A program made the translations under genes and the position numbers. The notes under the pieces were generated by a model. It was not told where the DNA came from. It did no database searches and worked only from the letters and a program-made list of their open reading frames with translations. From Vicinamibacteria bacterium (lineage in GTDB: Bacteria > Acidobacteriota > Vicinamibacteria > Marinacidobacterales > Marinacidobacteraceae), in NCBI GenBank assembly GCA_963668695.2, contig CAXXLQ010000004.1, positions 3,808,001 through 3,872,000 on the forward strand: DNA of 64,000 nt, given 5' to 3'. Below are positions 27,851 to 38,014 of the stretch, piece after piece. Each line of letters begins with the position of its first letter. Within the stretch, counting starts at the first letter, position 1.

Positions 27851-29797
27851 ATGTTGACCCCTGTACGCGTGGGCTTGATCACCGCTGCGGCGATGGTCTT
27901 CCCTCTTTCCGCGGTGGCGCAACCACCGACGAGCCAAGGCACACCGGACCAGCAGGAAGACCCACAGGAAATTCAGGATCGGCTGGCCGATCGGGCGCAC
28001 CGGATCGCCGCTGAAGGCGAGACGGCGGGCGAGAAGGCGCGCCGGGCGATCGCCGCCGCGGGCCGGCTGCCGCGCGGCGCGGGCGCCGCCGCCGACCCGG
28101 TCAGCCAGGTTCTTCCACGGCGCACCCTGGTGGACGAGATCCTCGGAGCGCAACAGGAGGCGCTGGGAATCCCCCACGCCGCTCCGAGTTCCGACGCGGC
28201 CTTCCTCAGGCGCGCCATGCTCGACGCCACGGGACTCATTCCCACGCCGGAAGCAATCCGCGCGTTCCTCGCCGACGACCCTCGCGACAAACGGACGCGG
28301 CTCGTGGACGAACTGGTGGGTACGGATGAATTCGCGGAGCAGTGGGCGTGGTTCTTCGGGGATCTCTTCCGCCTCGCCCACCAGGTAGGCGCGGTTCGCA
28401 ACCCGTTCCAGAGCTGGATCAAGGAGTGGCTCACCACCGACCGGCCCTACGACGAGGTGGTACGCGACCTCCTCACCGGAGTGGCCAAGGCGCACGGGAG
28501 CGTTCCTTCGCTGGCGTTGCTGGCGCGCGCGCACCAGGTCAAGAGCCGGATCGTCATGGGTCCGGACGACTACTCCATCCACAACCGGCTGGACGCGATC
28601 GACCAGTTCAACGTAGACGTTTCCCGGATCTTCCTTGGCATCAACACCTCCTGCTTCTCCTGCCACGACGGCGCGGCGCACCTCGAGCCAATGAACGAGT
28701 GGCTCTCGAAGCGAACCCGCGAGGAGTTCTATCGGCACTCGGCGTTTATGGGCAATGCCCGGCAGATCACGACCTGGGACGATCGGTCGAAGAACGTGGT
28801 GGTGGATCTGCTCGTGGACGATCTTGCCAAGGGGTACGACACTGGAAACGACGCGCCGTACCACACCCTCTCCGAGGGACGCTTCCCCCGTCTCGAGGGG
28901 CTCGCTTACGAGCCCGCCTTCCTGCTGACCGGGGAGACGCCCCGCCCGGGGGAAAACCCTCGGGACGAGCTGGCCCGGATGCTCACCGAACACCCGCAGT
29001 TCGCGCGCGCCACCGTGAACCTGGTCTGGGGCAAGCTGATGACGGTCGCCTTCGTGGAGCCGTACAACGCCTTCGATCTCGACCGGCTGGGACGGCTGGC
29101 CGCCGGCGAGGAGGATGCCCTGCCCCCACGTCCCCTGAATCCCGAACTCATGGACGCGTTGGCCGAGGACTTCCGGCAGAGCGGCTTCAGCTTCTGGCAC
29201 CTGGTCAAGACGATCATGAAGTCAGAGACTTACGGCCTGTCGCCCCACTTCGATGGGGACTGGGACGAAGCCTGGACCGGCTACTACCCCCGCCGCTATG
29301 TCCGGGTGCTGACCGGGCCGGAGCTCGTGGACTCGCTGGCGCGCGCCACCGACGTCCCCACGGAGTTCTCGTTCGCCGGAACGACCGTCGGGCGCGTCAA
29401 GGAACTCACCACGCCCTCCGATCTCGGAGGGCGGCGCGGGCGCGGCGAGGGCGCGGAGGTGGACGCTCTCATGCAGAGCTTCTTCCAGAGCAACCGGATG
29501 ACCCCGGCGCCGGTCGGGAACCGCGGTTCGATCCTGCAGGCGCTGCTCATGATGCAGTCGGGGGTCGTGAACCGCCGGGTCTCCAGCGAGTCCGGAGGGC
29601 GGGTGGCCGACCTGCTTGCTTCGGACAAGGCCGACGGAGATTTCGTCAACGAACTGTTCCTGGGGACGCTCGGACGCCTGCCGACGGCGGCCGAAGCGGA
29701 ACTCGGCGCCGCGCAGCTCGCCGAGGACCGCCACCAGGGCGCCCAGAACCTGCAGTGGGTGCTCGTCAACTCTCCCGAGTTCCTCCTGAACCACTGA
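27851..29797 (+). CDS. DUF1549/DUF1553 (planctomycete PSD1-type) protein with CxxCH
   Basis: FLRRAMLDATGLIPT, DRPYD, CFSCHD, NPELMDALAEDF, C-terminal NSPEFLLNH. Confidence 0.85.
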   Translation: MLTPVRVGLITAAAMVFPLSAVAQPPTSQGTPDQQEDPQEIQDRLADRAHRIAAEGETAGEKARRAIAAAGRLPRGAGAAADPVSQVLPRRTLVDEILGAQQEALGIPHAAPSSDAAFLRRAMLDATGLIPTPEAIRAFLADDPRDKRTRLVDELVGTDEFAEQWAWFFGDLFRLAHQVGAVRNPFQSWIKEWLTTDRPYDEVVRDLLTGVAKAHGSVPSLALLARAHQVKSRIVMGPDDYSIHNRLDAIDQFNVDVSRIFLGINTSCFSCHDGAAHLEPMNEWLSKRTREEFYRHSAFMGNARQITTWDDRSKNVVVDLLVDDLAKGYDTGNDAPYHTLSEGRFPRLEGLAYEPAFLLTGETPRPGENPRDELARMLTEHPQFARATVNLVWGKLMTVAFVEPYNAFDLDRLGRLAAGEEDALPPRPLNPELMDALAEDFRQSGFSFWHLVKTIMKSETYGLSPHFDGDWDEAWTGYYPRRYVRVLTGPELVDSLARATDVPTEFSFAGTTVGRVKELTTPSDLGGRRGRGEGAEVDALMQSFFQSNRMTPAPVGNRGSILQALLMMQSGVVNRRVSSESGGRVADLLASDKADGDFVNELFLGTLGRLPTAAEAELGAAQLAEDRHQGAQNLQWVLVNSPEFLLNH

Positions 29798-29816
29798 AGC
29801 CCCTGGATGTGTCTTT

Positions 29817-31229
29817 ATGTGTAGTCACGAACCCCGCGTCGCCGACCTCTTCCCGGCTCGCCGGGAAGTCCTGAAACTCGGAGGCTTGGCGCTGGCCGGA
29901 ACCTTCGCGAACCAGGTCATCTGGCCGCTCCAGGCCCACGCGAACGGCAAGGCGAATCCGCGCCGGACCGCCCGCTATTGCATCTTCATCGAGATGGGCG
30001 GGGCGATCAGCCCCATGGACACCTGGGACTTCAAAGAGACCCGCTGGACCCCCACGGACCTCGACATGGTGCAGATCAACGACGAGGTTTCGCTGTCGCG
30101 CGCGCTGTTCCCCACCCTCGTGGACCGCGTCGACGAGGTCGCCTTTGTCCGCTCCATGCGGGCGCCCGAGCTGATCCACTTCAACGGTCAGTACCACACC
30201 CAGACCGGCAGGGCTCTCAACGTGGCGCTCGCCCGGGAAATCCCCGCCTTCGGAAGCATCATCGCTGCGGAACTCGACAAGGAACGGCGCGAAACGGACA
30301 GCTTTCCGACCTACGTCAGCACCTACCTGACGCGGGCGCGCGCCGGCTCGATCGGCGCCGGCTTCCTGCCCACGCGGTTCTCCGGCCTCGATCTGGATCC
30401 CACGACGGTCTTCGACTCCTTCGGAGGCGACGTGGAAGGCAGCCGCCGGGTTCTGGAGGAGCGCTTCCGCCTGCTGAACCAGATGGCGGAGGTCTCCATC
30501 CCGGAGCGGGCCTCGCTGGGCGACAAGGAAGACGACTACCGCGCCTACTACCAGTCGGCCTACGAGCTGCTCACCGACGAACGCTGGCCCAAGCTCTTCG
30601 CCGCGAGCGAGGAGGACAAAGCGCGCTATGGCGCCGACGAGTTCGGGCTTGGCTGCATCCTCGCGCGCAACCTGATCGAGGCCGATGCCGGCACCCGATT
30701 CATCTATATCTACGACGGCGACAAATGGGACCACCACTCCGGCATCTTCGACCGGTCGCGCCAATGGAACCACTACACGACCTGTCCGCGGCTGGACAAG
30801 GGCTTCACCTCCCTGCTCACCGACCTCGGCGCCCGGCCGGGCAGCGAGCCGGGCACGACGTTGCTGGACGAGACCCTGATCGTGGTCACCAGCGAGTTCG
30901 GCCGCACTCCGGAAATGAATCCGGTGGCCGGCCGGGATCACTACCGTTTCGCCTACGCCACGATGTTTGCGGGCGGCGGCGTTCAGGGTGGCCGCGTCGT
31001 CGGGCGGACCAACGAGGATGGTTCCGAAGTCGTTGATCCCGGCTGGAAACACGCCGGGCAGCCGTTCATGGACAACACGGTGGCGACCATCTATTCAGCG
31101 CTCGGCATCGACTGGAGGAAGTCGGTCCGCAACACCCCCTCGGGCCGCGAATACATCTACGTGGATTCCGTCTCCCTCGGCGGGTCGGAGATGATGTTCG
31201 ACGACGAGATCGCCGAGATCTTCGCCTGA
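29817..31229 (+). CDS. DUF1501 protein, Tat signal
   Basis: RREVLK; GAISPMDTWD, WDHH, SEFGRTP, GRDH. Confidence 0.88.
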   Translation: MCSHEPRVADLFPARREVLKLGGLALAGTFANQVIWPLQAHANGKANPRRTARYCIFIEMGGAISPMDTWDFKETRWTPTDLDMVQINDEVSLSRALFPTLVDRVDEVAFVRSMRAPELIHFNGQYHTQTGRALNVALAREIPAFGSIIAAELDKERRETDSFPTYVSTYLTRARAGSIGAGFLPTRFSGLDLDPTTVFDSFGGDVEGSRRVLEERFRLLNQMAEVSIPERASLGDKEDDYRAYYQSAYELLTDERWPKLFAASEEDKARYGADEFGLGCILARNLIEADAGTRFIYIYDGDKWDHHSGIFDRSRQWNHYTTCPRLDKGFTSLLTDLGARPGSEPGTTLLDETLIVVTSEFGRTPEMNPVAGRDHYRFAYATMFAGGGVQGGRVVGRTNEDGSEVVDPGWKHAGQPFMDNTVATIYSALGIDWRKSVRNTPSGREYIYVDSVSLGGSEMMFDDEIAEIFA

Positions 31230-31273
31230 TCCCGACCACGCGGGTCCGCTCGGAAGTTCACTGACCGGCGGCG

Positions 31274-32152
31274 ATGGGAGAGCGGCGCCGGATTCCCGCC
31301 ATCCGCAAACTCGTCACGGCGCTGCTGGCGGCGACCCCTCTCCTCACAGAGACGGCGGCACCGGCGTTCGGGAACGAACCCCCGCCGGCGCATTGCAGCG
31401 ACGATCGCGCCGAGAACATCTGCTGGGTCCCGCCCGGGGACTTCTGGATGGGGAGGACCCGGCTCTGGCTGATTGACGAGATCCACTGGCAGACCCGGGA
31501 CCGGGTGGACGCCCGGCCGGTGCACCGGGTCACGCTCCCCGGCTTCTGGATGGACCAGAAGGAAGTCACCCAGGAGTCCTATCGGGAATTCACCCTCTCG
31601 ACCGGGCGGCCCGAGCCCTTCCACTGGCGACAGGGTTTCCCGGAGGACAAGGCGCACCTCCCGGTGTACAACGTGAACTGGAACGACGCGCACGACTACT
31701 GCGCCTTCCGGAGAAAGCGCCTGCCGACCGAGGCCGAATGGGAAAAGGCGGCGCGCGGCGGCCTTGAGGGAGCGTCGTGGTCCTGGGGGGATCAGTATCG
31801 GCCCGACCCCGAAGAAGACTCGCCGGAGGGGACCCGGCTTCCCCCGCCGGCGCGGATCGGCCACCCGGGGGCGCCTGCCGCAGTCGCTTCCTTCCCGCCG
31901 AACGGGTACGGGCTCTATGACATGGTCGGCAACATCGCCGAGTGGGTCGCGGACGGCTACGACCTCGGGTACTACGCCGTGAGCCCGCCCGTGGACCCGC
32001 GCGGGCCGCAAGACGCTCCCTACCGGATCTTCCGGGGCGGGAGTTGGGCGGACAGCGACGAGCGGATCGCCAGCGTCTTCTATCGAAACTTCACGAGACC
32101 CGATACCAGGATCCACAGCATCGGCTTCCGGTGCGCACTTAGCAACCCGTGA
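31274..32152 (+). CDS. Formylglycine-generating enzyme (SUMF1) family protein
   Basis: RLPTEAEWEKAARGG, PNGYGLYDMVGNIAEW, RGGSW, IGFRC. Confidence 0.9.
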   Translation: MGERRRIPAIRKLVTALLAATPLLTETAAPAFGNEPPPAHCSDDRAENICWVPPGDFWMGRTRLWLIDEIHWQTRDRVDARPVHRVTLPGFWMDQKEVTQESYREFTLSTGRPEPFHWRQGFPEDKAHLPVYNVNWNDAHDYCAFRRKRLPTEAEWEKAARGGLEGASWSWGDQYRPDPEEDSPEGTRLPPPARIGHPGAPAAVASFPPNGYGLYDMVGNIAEWVADGYDLGYYAVSPPVDPRGPQDAPYRIFRGGSWADSDERIASVFYRNFTRPDTRIHSIGFRCALSNP

Positions 32153-32162
32153 ACAGCGTGAG

Positions 32163-32432
32163 CCGGAAGCCCGAGCCAGAAGGGCTGGGGGTCGGGTGAC
32201 CCCGTCCCCCGTCCCTTCCGCTCCGGGGTCTCCGCGGTGCTGGCGCCCCGCTCCGGAAGCGAGCGGCGATGCATCCCGCCTGAACCGCGACGCTTCGCGT
32301 CGCTCATCGTTGCGCTTCGGTCGGAATACACCAGGTATTCCTCCCTCGCGCGCCTTGTCAGCCGGGCGCCTCGCCCCCACCGGGAGGACTGGCCGCTCTC
32401 GGTGCTCACCTCACCCTATCCACGGACTGCCA
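32163..32432. mobile_element. MITE-like element, subtype 2, inverted and truncated (copy E), one 90-bp unit
   Basis: Reverse complement of the core and of one unit (32171-32260); only one degenerate TIR (ctatccacggactgcca). Confidence 0.7.
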
Positions 32433-32457
32433 ATCATCCAAGAGAGGAAGAAACGGA

Positions 32458-33474
32458 ATGACCAAAGCTCGGAACAACGGAATGGGACGCCGCGAGGCAC
32501 TCCGTCGCCTTTCGGCCGGAACCGGCGGAGCGGCGCTCGGCGCGACCGGAGGGACGGCCTTCGGCGCGGGGGTGGCAGCCTGCGCCCCCATGGGCTCGGA
32601 GGCCGCCCCGGACCCGGGACAGCGGTTCCGGACGATGCTCGGCGCCGGAGACCCGGTGATCTGCCCGGGGGCCTTCGACGTCATCTCGGCCCGCCTGATC
32701 GTCGAAATGGGCTTCGAGACGGTGCTCATCGGCGGAAGCGCCGCGTCCGCGGCGAACTGGGGAGTCCCGGATTACGGACTCGCCTCCATCACCGAGCTGA
32801 TCGAGATCGCCTCCCGCATCGCGGGGAGCGTCCCGGTTCCCTGCTTCGCGGACGCCGACGACGGGGGCGGCAGCCCGCTCGCGGTGGCGCGGGCAGTCCG
32901 CGGCTACGAGCGGGGCGGCCTCGCCGCGGTGATGATCGAGGATCACGTCCAGGCGAAACACCTCGGAGAAGGCGGTGTGCTGATCGAGGTGGGCGCGATG
33001 CAGGACAAGATCCGCGCGGCGGTGGACGCCCGGAAGACCGGCATGATGCTGGTTGCCCGCTGCGATTCCGTTTCCATCGGGCAGAGCGAGGCGGAGGCCA
33101 CGGAGCGAGGCGCCGCCTACGTCGAGGCCGGAGCCGACCTCCTCTTCTTTGCCGGACTGCCTCCCGAGAGCATGGGCGCGGTAGCAGAGGCGGCCGGCCG
33201 GCCGGTGATCGCGAGTGTCCACGACACACCCATGACCACTCTCCGGGAAAACCGGGTCCCGCTCGTCCTCTACGCGGGACAGATGCTCCGCCTCGCCCTC
33301 GGGGCGATGCGCCAGGGACTCCAGGACATCCACGACGGCGCGACCTGGCCCGGCTACGCCGACCGCGCCCTTCCGGGCGACACCTACCAAAACCTCATCC
33401 AGTCCGGGAAGTGGCGCGAAGACGCCGGCCGCTACAACCTCGTGGATGAGAACGGCCGCCAGGTCCGGGGGTAG
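32458..33474 (+). CDS. Isocitrate lyase / PEP mutase family protein with Tat-like leader
   Basis: PGAFDVISA, GVPDYGL, ADADDGGG, MIEDH, ARCD, YVEAGAD. Confidence 0.85.
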   Translation: MTKARNNGMGRREALRRLSAGTGGAALGATGGTAFGAGVAACAPMGSEAAPDPGQRFRTMLGAGDPVICPGAFDVISARLIVEMGFETVLIGGSAASAANWGVPDYGLASITELIEIASRIAGSVPVPCFADADDGGGSPLAVARAVRGYERGGLAAVMIEDHVQAKHLGEGGVLIEVGAMQDKIRAAVDARKTGMMLVARCDSVSIGQSEAEATERGAAYVEAGADLLFFAGLPPESMGAVAEAAGRPVIASVHDTPMTTLRENRVPLVLYAGQMLRLALGAMRQGLQDIHDGATWPGYADRALPGDTYQNLIQSGKWREDAGRYNLVDENGRQVRG

Positions 33475-33497
33475 AACGAGGCGCGAAACGCCAGCCA

Positions 33498-33616
33498 GGA
33501 GCGCCCCCCTTTCAAAGCGGCACGCCAGCGCGGAGGAACGCCGCTCTTCAGAGCGGCATCGCCCGCGCATGGGAACGCCGCTCTTCAGAGCGGCATCGCC
33601 AGCCTGAGGCTGGCGA
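33498..33616. repeat. Cluster of REP-like palindromes
   Basis: ggaacgccgctcttcagagcggca x2 (33535, 33572), a degenerate copy at 33498, and tcgccagcctgaggctggcga. Confidence 0.65.
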
Positions 33617-33672
33617 AACTCCCGTAGCCATCCCAGACGACGGCGACGGCGCTGCGAAAGAATCCAGGATCC

Positions 33673-34260
33673 GTGAACCCCCTCCCCGGGAAACAGATCA
33701 CCCCCCGCAACCGGCAGGAATGGCGCCGTTGGCTGGCCGCCAACCACGGCACGGTCCCCGAGGTCTGGGTCGTCTTCTACAAGAAAACCGCCCAGCGAGC
33801 TGGTCGGCCCACCCTCACCTACGACCACGCCGTCGAGGAGGCGGTCTGTTTCGGCTGGATCGACGGCCTCAAACGGCGCGTTGACGACGAACGATACGCC
33901 CACCGCTTCACACCGCGGAAACCGGACAGCCGGTGGTCGGAGAGCAATCGGGTGCGGCTCGAAAAAATGAGGTCCCGGGGCCTCATGACTCCCACCGGTG
34001 AGGAAGCGGTCGAGGCCTCGATACGGTCCGGCGCCTGGGAGAAACCCGCGACCTCGGCACCCCCGGACGTCCCGGCGGAGCTACTCGCCGCCCTCGAAAG
34101 CGATCCGCAGGCGCGCGCCGGCTGGTTGAGGCTCCCCCGCTCGGAACGGCGCCGCTACGAAACCTGGATCGGCATCGCCAAGCGGGCCGAAACCCGAGCC
34201 CGGCGGCTCACCGAGAGCCTGGACCTCCTCCGCCGCGGCGAAAAACTCGGAATGCGCTGA
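33673..34260 (+). CDS. YdeI/OmpD-associated family protein
   Basis: WRRWLAANH, AVEEAVCFGWIDG, FTPRKPDSRWS, AKRAETRARR. Confidence 0.9.
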   Translation: MNPLPGKQITPRNRQEWRRWLAANHGTVPEVWVVFYKKTAQRAGRPTLTYDHAVEEAVCFGWIDGLKRRVDDERYAHRFTPRKPDSRWSESNRVRLEKMRSRGLMTPTGEEAVEASIRSGAWEKPATSAPPDVPAELLAALESDPQARAGWLRLPRSERRRYETWIGIAKRAETRARRLTESLDLLRRGEKLGMR

Positions 34261-34289
34261 ACCATCTCCCGCCGGTGTAATTGTAGTTC

Positions 34290-34310
34290 GGATAGAATAG
34301 TATTCTATCC
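34290..34310. promoter_or_regulatory. Perfect 10-1-10 palindrome abutting the antitoxin ATG; probable autoregulatory operator
   Basis: ggatagaata-g-tattctatcc. Confidence 0.7.
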
Positions 34311-34565
34311 ATGAGCACAACCATCCACCTCTCGGGTGACCTGCTGGCGGCCGTAGACCGCCGCGCGCAGGATCTGAGAGTCACCCGGAACCGATACATC
34401 GTCCGGGCGCTCGAACGATCCCTGAGTAGTGACACGGAGTGGAGCCCAGCATTCGTCGAGGAACTCCGTGCTGCCCGCCACGATCCGGAAGACCATAGGG
34501 TCCTCGCCGAAATGCGTGCCGCGATCAAGGCGAATCGGGAGAGCAAGGGGCCTCCGGCACTTTGA
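34311..34565 (+). CDS. Ribbon-helix-helix antitoxin (VapB-like)
   Basis: TTIHLSGDLLAAVDRRAQDLRVTRNRYIVRAL; overlaps PIN gene by 4 bp. Confidence 0.8.
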   Translation: MSTTIHLSGDLLAAVDRRAQDLRVTRNRYIVRALERSLSSDTEWSPAFVEELRAARHDPEDHRVLAEMRAAIKANRESKGPPAL

Positions 34566-34969
34566 AGTACGTCCTCGACACGAACATCGTCTCCCTAGCC
34601 ATGGCGGGCACACCATCCGTCACAGAGCGCATGTTTTCCCTGGCAAGAACCGATGTGCTGCTTCCACAACCCGTCATCGCCGAGATCGAGTACGGAATTG
34701 CCCGGTTGCCGGAGTCTGGGCGGCGCCAGCGCTTAGCCGGACGCCTTGAGAAGTTCGTGGAGAACACCTCCGGAGTGCCATGGACCGCCGACGTCAGCCG
34801 TGCTTTCGGCACAACCAAAGCCGATCTCGAGGCTCGGGGCCAGCGGATCGAGGACTTCGACGTGGCAATTGCCGCCCACGCCCTCGCGCTCGACGCGGTC
34901 CTGGTTACCGACAACACCGCCCACATGGGCCGGATTCGCGGGCTGCGACTCGAGAACTGGGGCGCATAG
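34562..34969 (+). CDS. vapC: VapC-family PIN toxin
   Basis: YVLDTNI, AEIEYG, DVAIAAHAL, LVTDN. Confidence 0.9.
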   Translation: MKYVLDTNIVSLAMAGTPSVTERMFSLARTDVLLPQPVIAEIEYGIARLPESGRRQRLAGRLEKFVENTSGVPWTADVSRAFGTTKADLEARGQRIEDFDVAIAAHALALDAVLVTDNTAHMGRIRGLRLENWGA

Positions 34970-35128
34970 CACCTGGCCTCGTGTGTCTCGCCGCCCTATG
35001 GGCGGCGATGCCGGCCGGAGGCCGGCGGTCCCTTTCCTAAGCGCGATGTGGCAGAGTGGTCCCGCGTTATCCCGACTGGTGCACCATCTACTCCAGTAGC
35101 GATGCCGGCCCGGAGAGCGGCGGTGCCG

Positions 35129-36076
35129 CTACTGGGACGACAGGCTGCGGTGGACCAGGCGGACGAAGCGTTCGGCGTTCACGAAGCCGGCCGCGTCGGG
35201 AGACCAGCCGATGTCGGTTCCGATTCCGGTGACCAGTGCGACGTAGTCGGCCGCGGCGTCGTCCTCGCTCTGGCCCGCCTCGACGCGCTCGCTGATCCGC
35301 TCCCGGGCCATGCGGAGCGCTACCCCGTACTTGACCAGGGTGGCGCGGTCCGCGACCGGGCCGTGACCCGGAATGATCTTCGTCTGGTCGTCGGTGCTCT
35401 CCGCGACCGCCTCGGCGGCCGCAATCAACCCGTCGATCCCGCCCCCTGAGTCCACGTCAATGAACGGGAAGGCGCCGTTGAAGAACAGGTCCCCCATGTG
35501 GACCACGTTCGCGCCTCGGAAGAAGATCGCCGAATCGCCGTCGGTGTGGGCATGAGGCTGGTGCCGGACTTCGATGGCGAGGCCATTCCAGTGCAGGGTG
35601 ACCTCCTGCTCGAAGGTCACTACCGGCAGGGCTTCGGGGGCCGCCTGGTCGCTGCGGCCGACCAGGTCGGCAAACTCGGCGGGGTTCAGGCGGCGCCGGA
35701 CGTTCTCGTGGGCCACGATGAGGCTGCCGGCCTTTCCGAGGTTCTCGTTGCCGCCGGTATGGTCACCGTGCCAGTGGGTGTTCACCAGGAAGCGCACCGG
35801 ATCGGTGGTGATCGAGCGCACCGCGGCGAGAATCTTGTCGGTCAGCGGCGCGTACTGATCATCCACCAGCAGGGCGCCGTCGGAGCCGGTGGACAGGCCG
35901 ATGTTGCCCCCGCTCCCAAAGAGGACGTGGATGCCGCCGCCCAGATCCTCGCTGGTGATCGAGACGGCGTCCCAGTCCTGGTCCTGGGCCGCGGCTGGAA
36001 ACGCAGCGAGCGAAAGGCAGATCGCGGCGAGGAAAACCGGCCGAGGGCGGCGATACGATGGATCAGTCAGGAACAT
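35129..36076 (-). CDS. MBL-fold metallo-hydrolase (cyclase-like), exported
   Basis: NTHWHGDHTGGN, AHTDGD, HMGD, IPGHG. Confidence 0.9.
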   Translation of the reverse strand: MFLTDPSYRRPRPVFLAAICLSLAAFPAAAQDQDWDAVSITSEDLGGGIHVLFGSGGNIGLSTGSDGALLVDDQYAPLTDKILAAVRSITTDPVRFLVNTHWHGDHTGGNENLGKAGSLIVAHENVRRRLNPAEFADLVGRSDQAAPEALPVVTFEQEVTLHWNGLAIEVRHQPHAHTDGDSAIFFRGANVVHMGDLFFNGAFPFIDVDSGGGIDGLIAAAEAVAESTDDQTKIIPGHGPVADRATLVKYGVALRMARERISERVEAGQSEDDAAADYVALVTGIGTDIGWSPDAAGFVNAERFVRLVHRSLSSQ

Positions 36077-36154
36077 GGCGTAACAAACTCCAGAAGAAGG
36101 GCAAATGCGGCCACACGGATCCCGGTGGCCTGACGAGGGGCCGGCGGCGGGGTG

Positions 36155-37963
36155 TCAGCAGCCGACGCAGGCGTTGTTGTTCTTGGCGCCGTAGCTGGCG
36201 AGGAGCGCGATCGTTTCCGGGAACGGATTGATGCGCTGCACCGGACCGTTGGCGAGGTCGATGGTCGTCTGTCCGGTGCGGGCGACAGCCAGCGGGTCAG
36301 CGCCGTGGTCGATCAGGTACTGCACCATCTCGATGTCGCCGCGCGACGCCGCGTGGTGGATCGTGGAGTAGCCGTTGTAGTCGCGAACGGTCGCATCCGC
36401 CCCGCATTCCTCCACCAGGTATTTCACCGCCGGCAGCCACGCGTCGGGCGCGTGCCGGTGAGAGTTCGCGGCGAGTCCGAGGCCGTATCCCACTCCGGCC
36501 GCTGCATGGAGCGGGTAGACCGCCGGATCCCCATACTCGGCGGAAGGCAAGCCCGACGGATCCGGGGCTCCCTCTTCGATGAGCATCGGGAGACGACGAC
36601 GCTCCGGCACCTTGACCGTGGGGAGGTGGGGATCCGCCCCGTTCGCCACCAGCAGCTTCATGGCCGGGATGTCGAGCGAATAGGCGGCGCGCCAGAAGGC
36701 GGTCGCTCCGCTGCGGTCCACCCCGAGTTGATCCACGTCGTACACCGTGTACCAAAGCGAATTGTCGATCCGCGCGTTCACGTCGGCACCGGCGTCGATG
36801 AGCACCTGCATGAGTTCGAGATGCGAGACCTCCTGCTGCAGGTAGTCGGCCGGCTGCGGGTGACGCGCTTTCGGGATCCACTGTGTGTTGATCGTCCCGT
36901 AGAGCGGAGTCGCGTTCTGCGAATCCGCCATCGTCGGGTCGGCGCCCTGCTCGAGCAACCTCATTGCGAGGTCGAAATGACCGTTGATCGTCGCCATGAG
37001 CAATGGGGTGGTGCCGCTTCCCTCGGCGCGCTGGTTCAAGTCAGCGCCGGCGTCGAGCAGCGCCAGCGCGCTGTCGATCTGGCCTTCGCGGGCCGCGAAC
37101 AGGAGGGCGGTCAACCCGCCGTGGGTGCCGACGCGTTCCTCGTAGGTCTTGGGCTTCGGCTCGTTCGGATCACGGCTCTCGTCCAGGTCGGGGTTGAGCG
37201 GATCCGGGGGAAGACCGGCAGCACCCGTGCTGGTCCCGCTCTTGCCGACGCGGTCGGTCCCGTTGGCGGGGAGCGGACGCTCGGCCTGGATGATGCCGGT
37301 CCCTCCGCGCACCTCGGCAAGACGGGCCTGCCGCTCGCGGCGCTCTGCCCGGTCGAACCGCGAACGCTCGACGACGTCCAGGACATCCGCGGTGGCGGAG
37401 GCGTCCGCGCCGGCGTCCAGCAGGGCTTTGATCGCTTCGACGCGGCCCCGGACCGCTGCGAACATGAGCGGAGTGAGGTCCCACGCGGTTTCCCGCGCAT
37501 CCACGGGAGCTCCGTGGTCGAGAAGTGAAACCACCGTTTCAGGGACGCCGGCGGTTGCCGCCAGGTGAAGCGGTTGGGCGCCGGTAGAGGTCATGGCGTC
37601 GGCAGGGGCGCCGGCGTTGAGCAGAGCTTCGGCGACTCCGGCCTTACCGGCCGCCGCCGCCACGTGCAGCGGCATGTGGCTCCCGAGACGCGTGGTGGCG
37701 CGGACGTCCGCACCCGCCGCGATCAAGACCTCCGCAACCTCGCGGTTCCCCGTCTTCGCCGCCCAGTGCAGCGCCGTGAACCCGTCGCCCTGCGCCGCGT
37801 TCACGTCCGCGCCCGAACGCAGCTCCGCCTTCAGCGTCTCCAGGTCACCGCGTTTCGCGGCGTCCAGCACTGGCGACAGCAGCGCCGCATACCCGGCTCC
37901 GACCAGCACTCCCAGCACTGCGAGCAGTGCCGCCAGGCCGATCCATCGCTTTTTGATCTTCAT
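36155..37963 (-). CDS. Ankyrin-repeat protein, N-terminal TM anchor (module copy 1)
   Basis: Repeated TALHWAA/TPLMFAA/GADVNA; C-terminal CVGC. Confidence 0.9.
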   Translation of the reverse strand: MKIKKRWIGLAALLAVLGVLVGAGYAALLSPVLDAAKRGDLETLKAELRSGADVNAAQGDGFTALHWAAKTGNREVAEVLIAAGADVRATTRLGSHMPLHVAAAAGKAGVAEALLNAGAPADAMTSTGAQPLHLAATAGVPETVVSLLDHGAPVDARETAWDLTPLMFAAVRGRVEAIKALLDAGADASATADVLDVVERSRFDRAERRERQARLAEVRGGTGIIQAERPLPANGTDRVGKSGTSTGAAGLPPDPLNPDLDESRDPNEPKPKTYEERVGTHGGLTALLFAAREGQIDSALALLDAGADLNQRAEGSGTTPLLMATINGHFDLAMRLLEQGADPTMADSQNATPLYGTINTQWIPKARHPQPADYLQQEVSHLELMQVLIDAGADVNARIDNSLWYTVYDVDQLGVDRSGATAFWRAAYSLDIPAMKLLVANGADPHLPTVKVPERRRLPMLIEEGAPDPSGLPSAEYGDPAVYPLHAAAGVGYGLGLAANSHRHAPDAWLPAVKYLVEECGADATVRDYNGYSTIHHAASRGDIEMVQYLIDHGADPLAVARTGQTTIDLANGPVQRINPFPETIALLASYGAKNNNACVGC

Positions 37964-38014
37964 GCCCCGTCCTTCTCCTCCGGTCAGAGTCCTCGTTGCG
38001 GATTCCGGTCCTTG

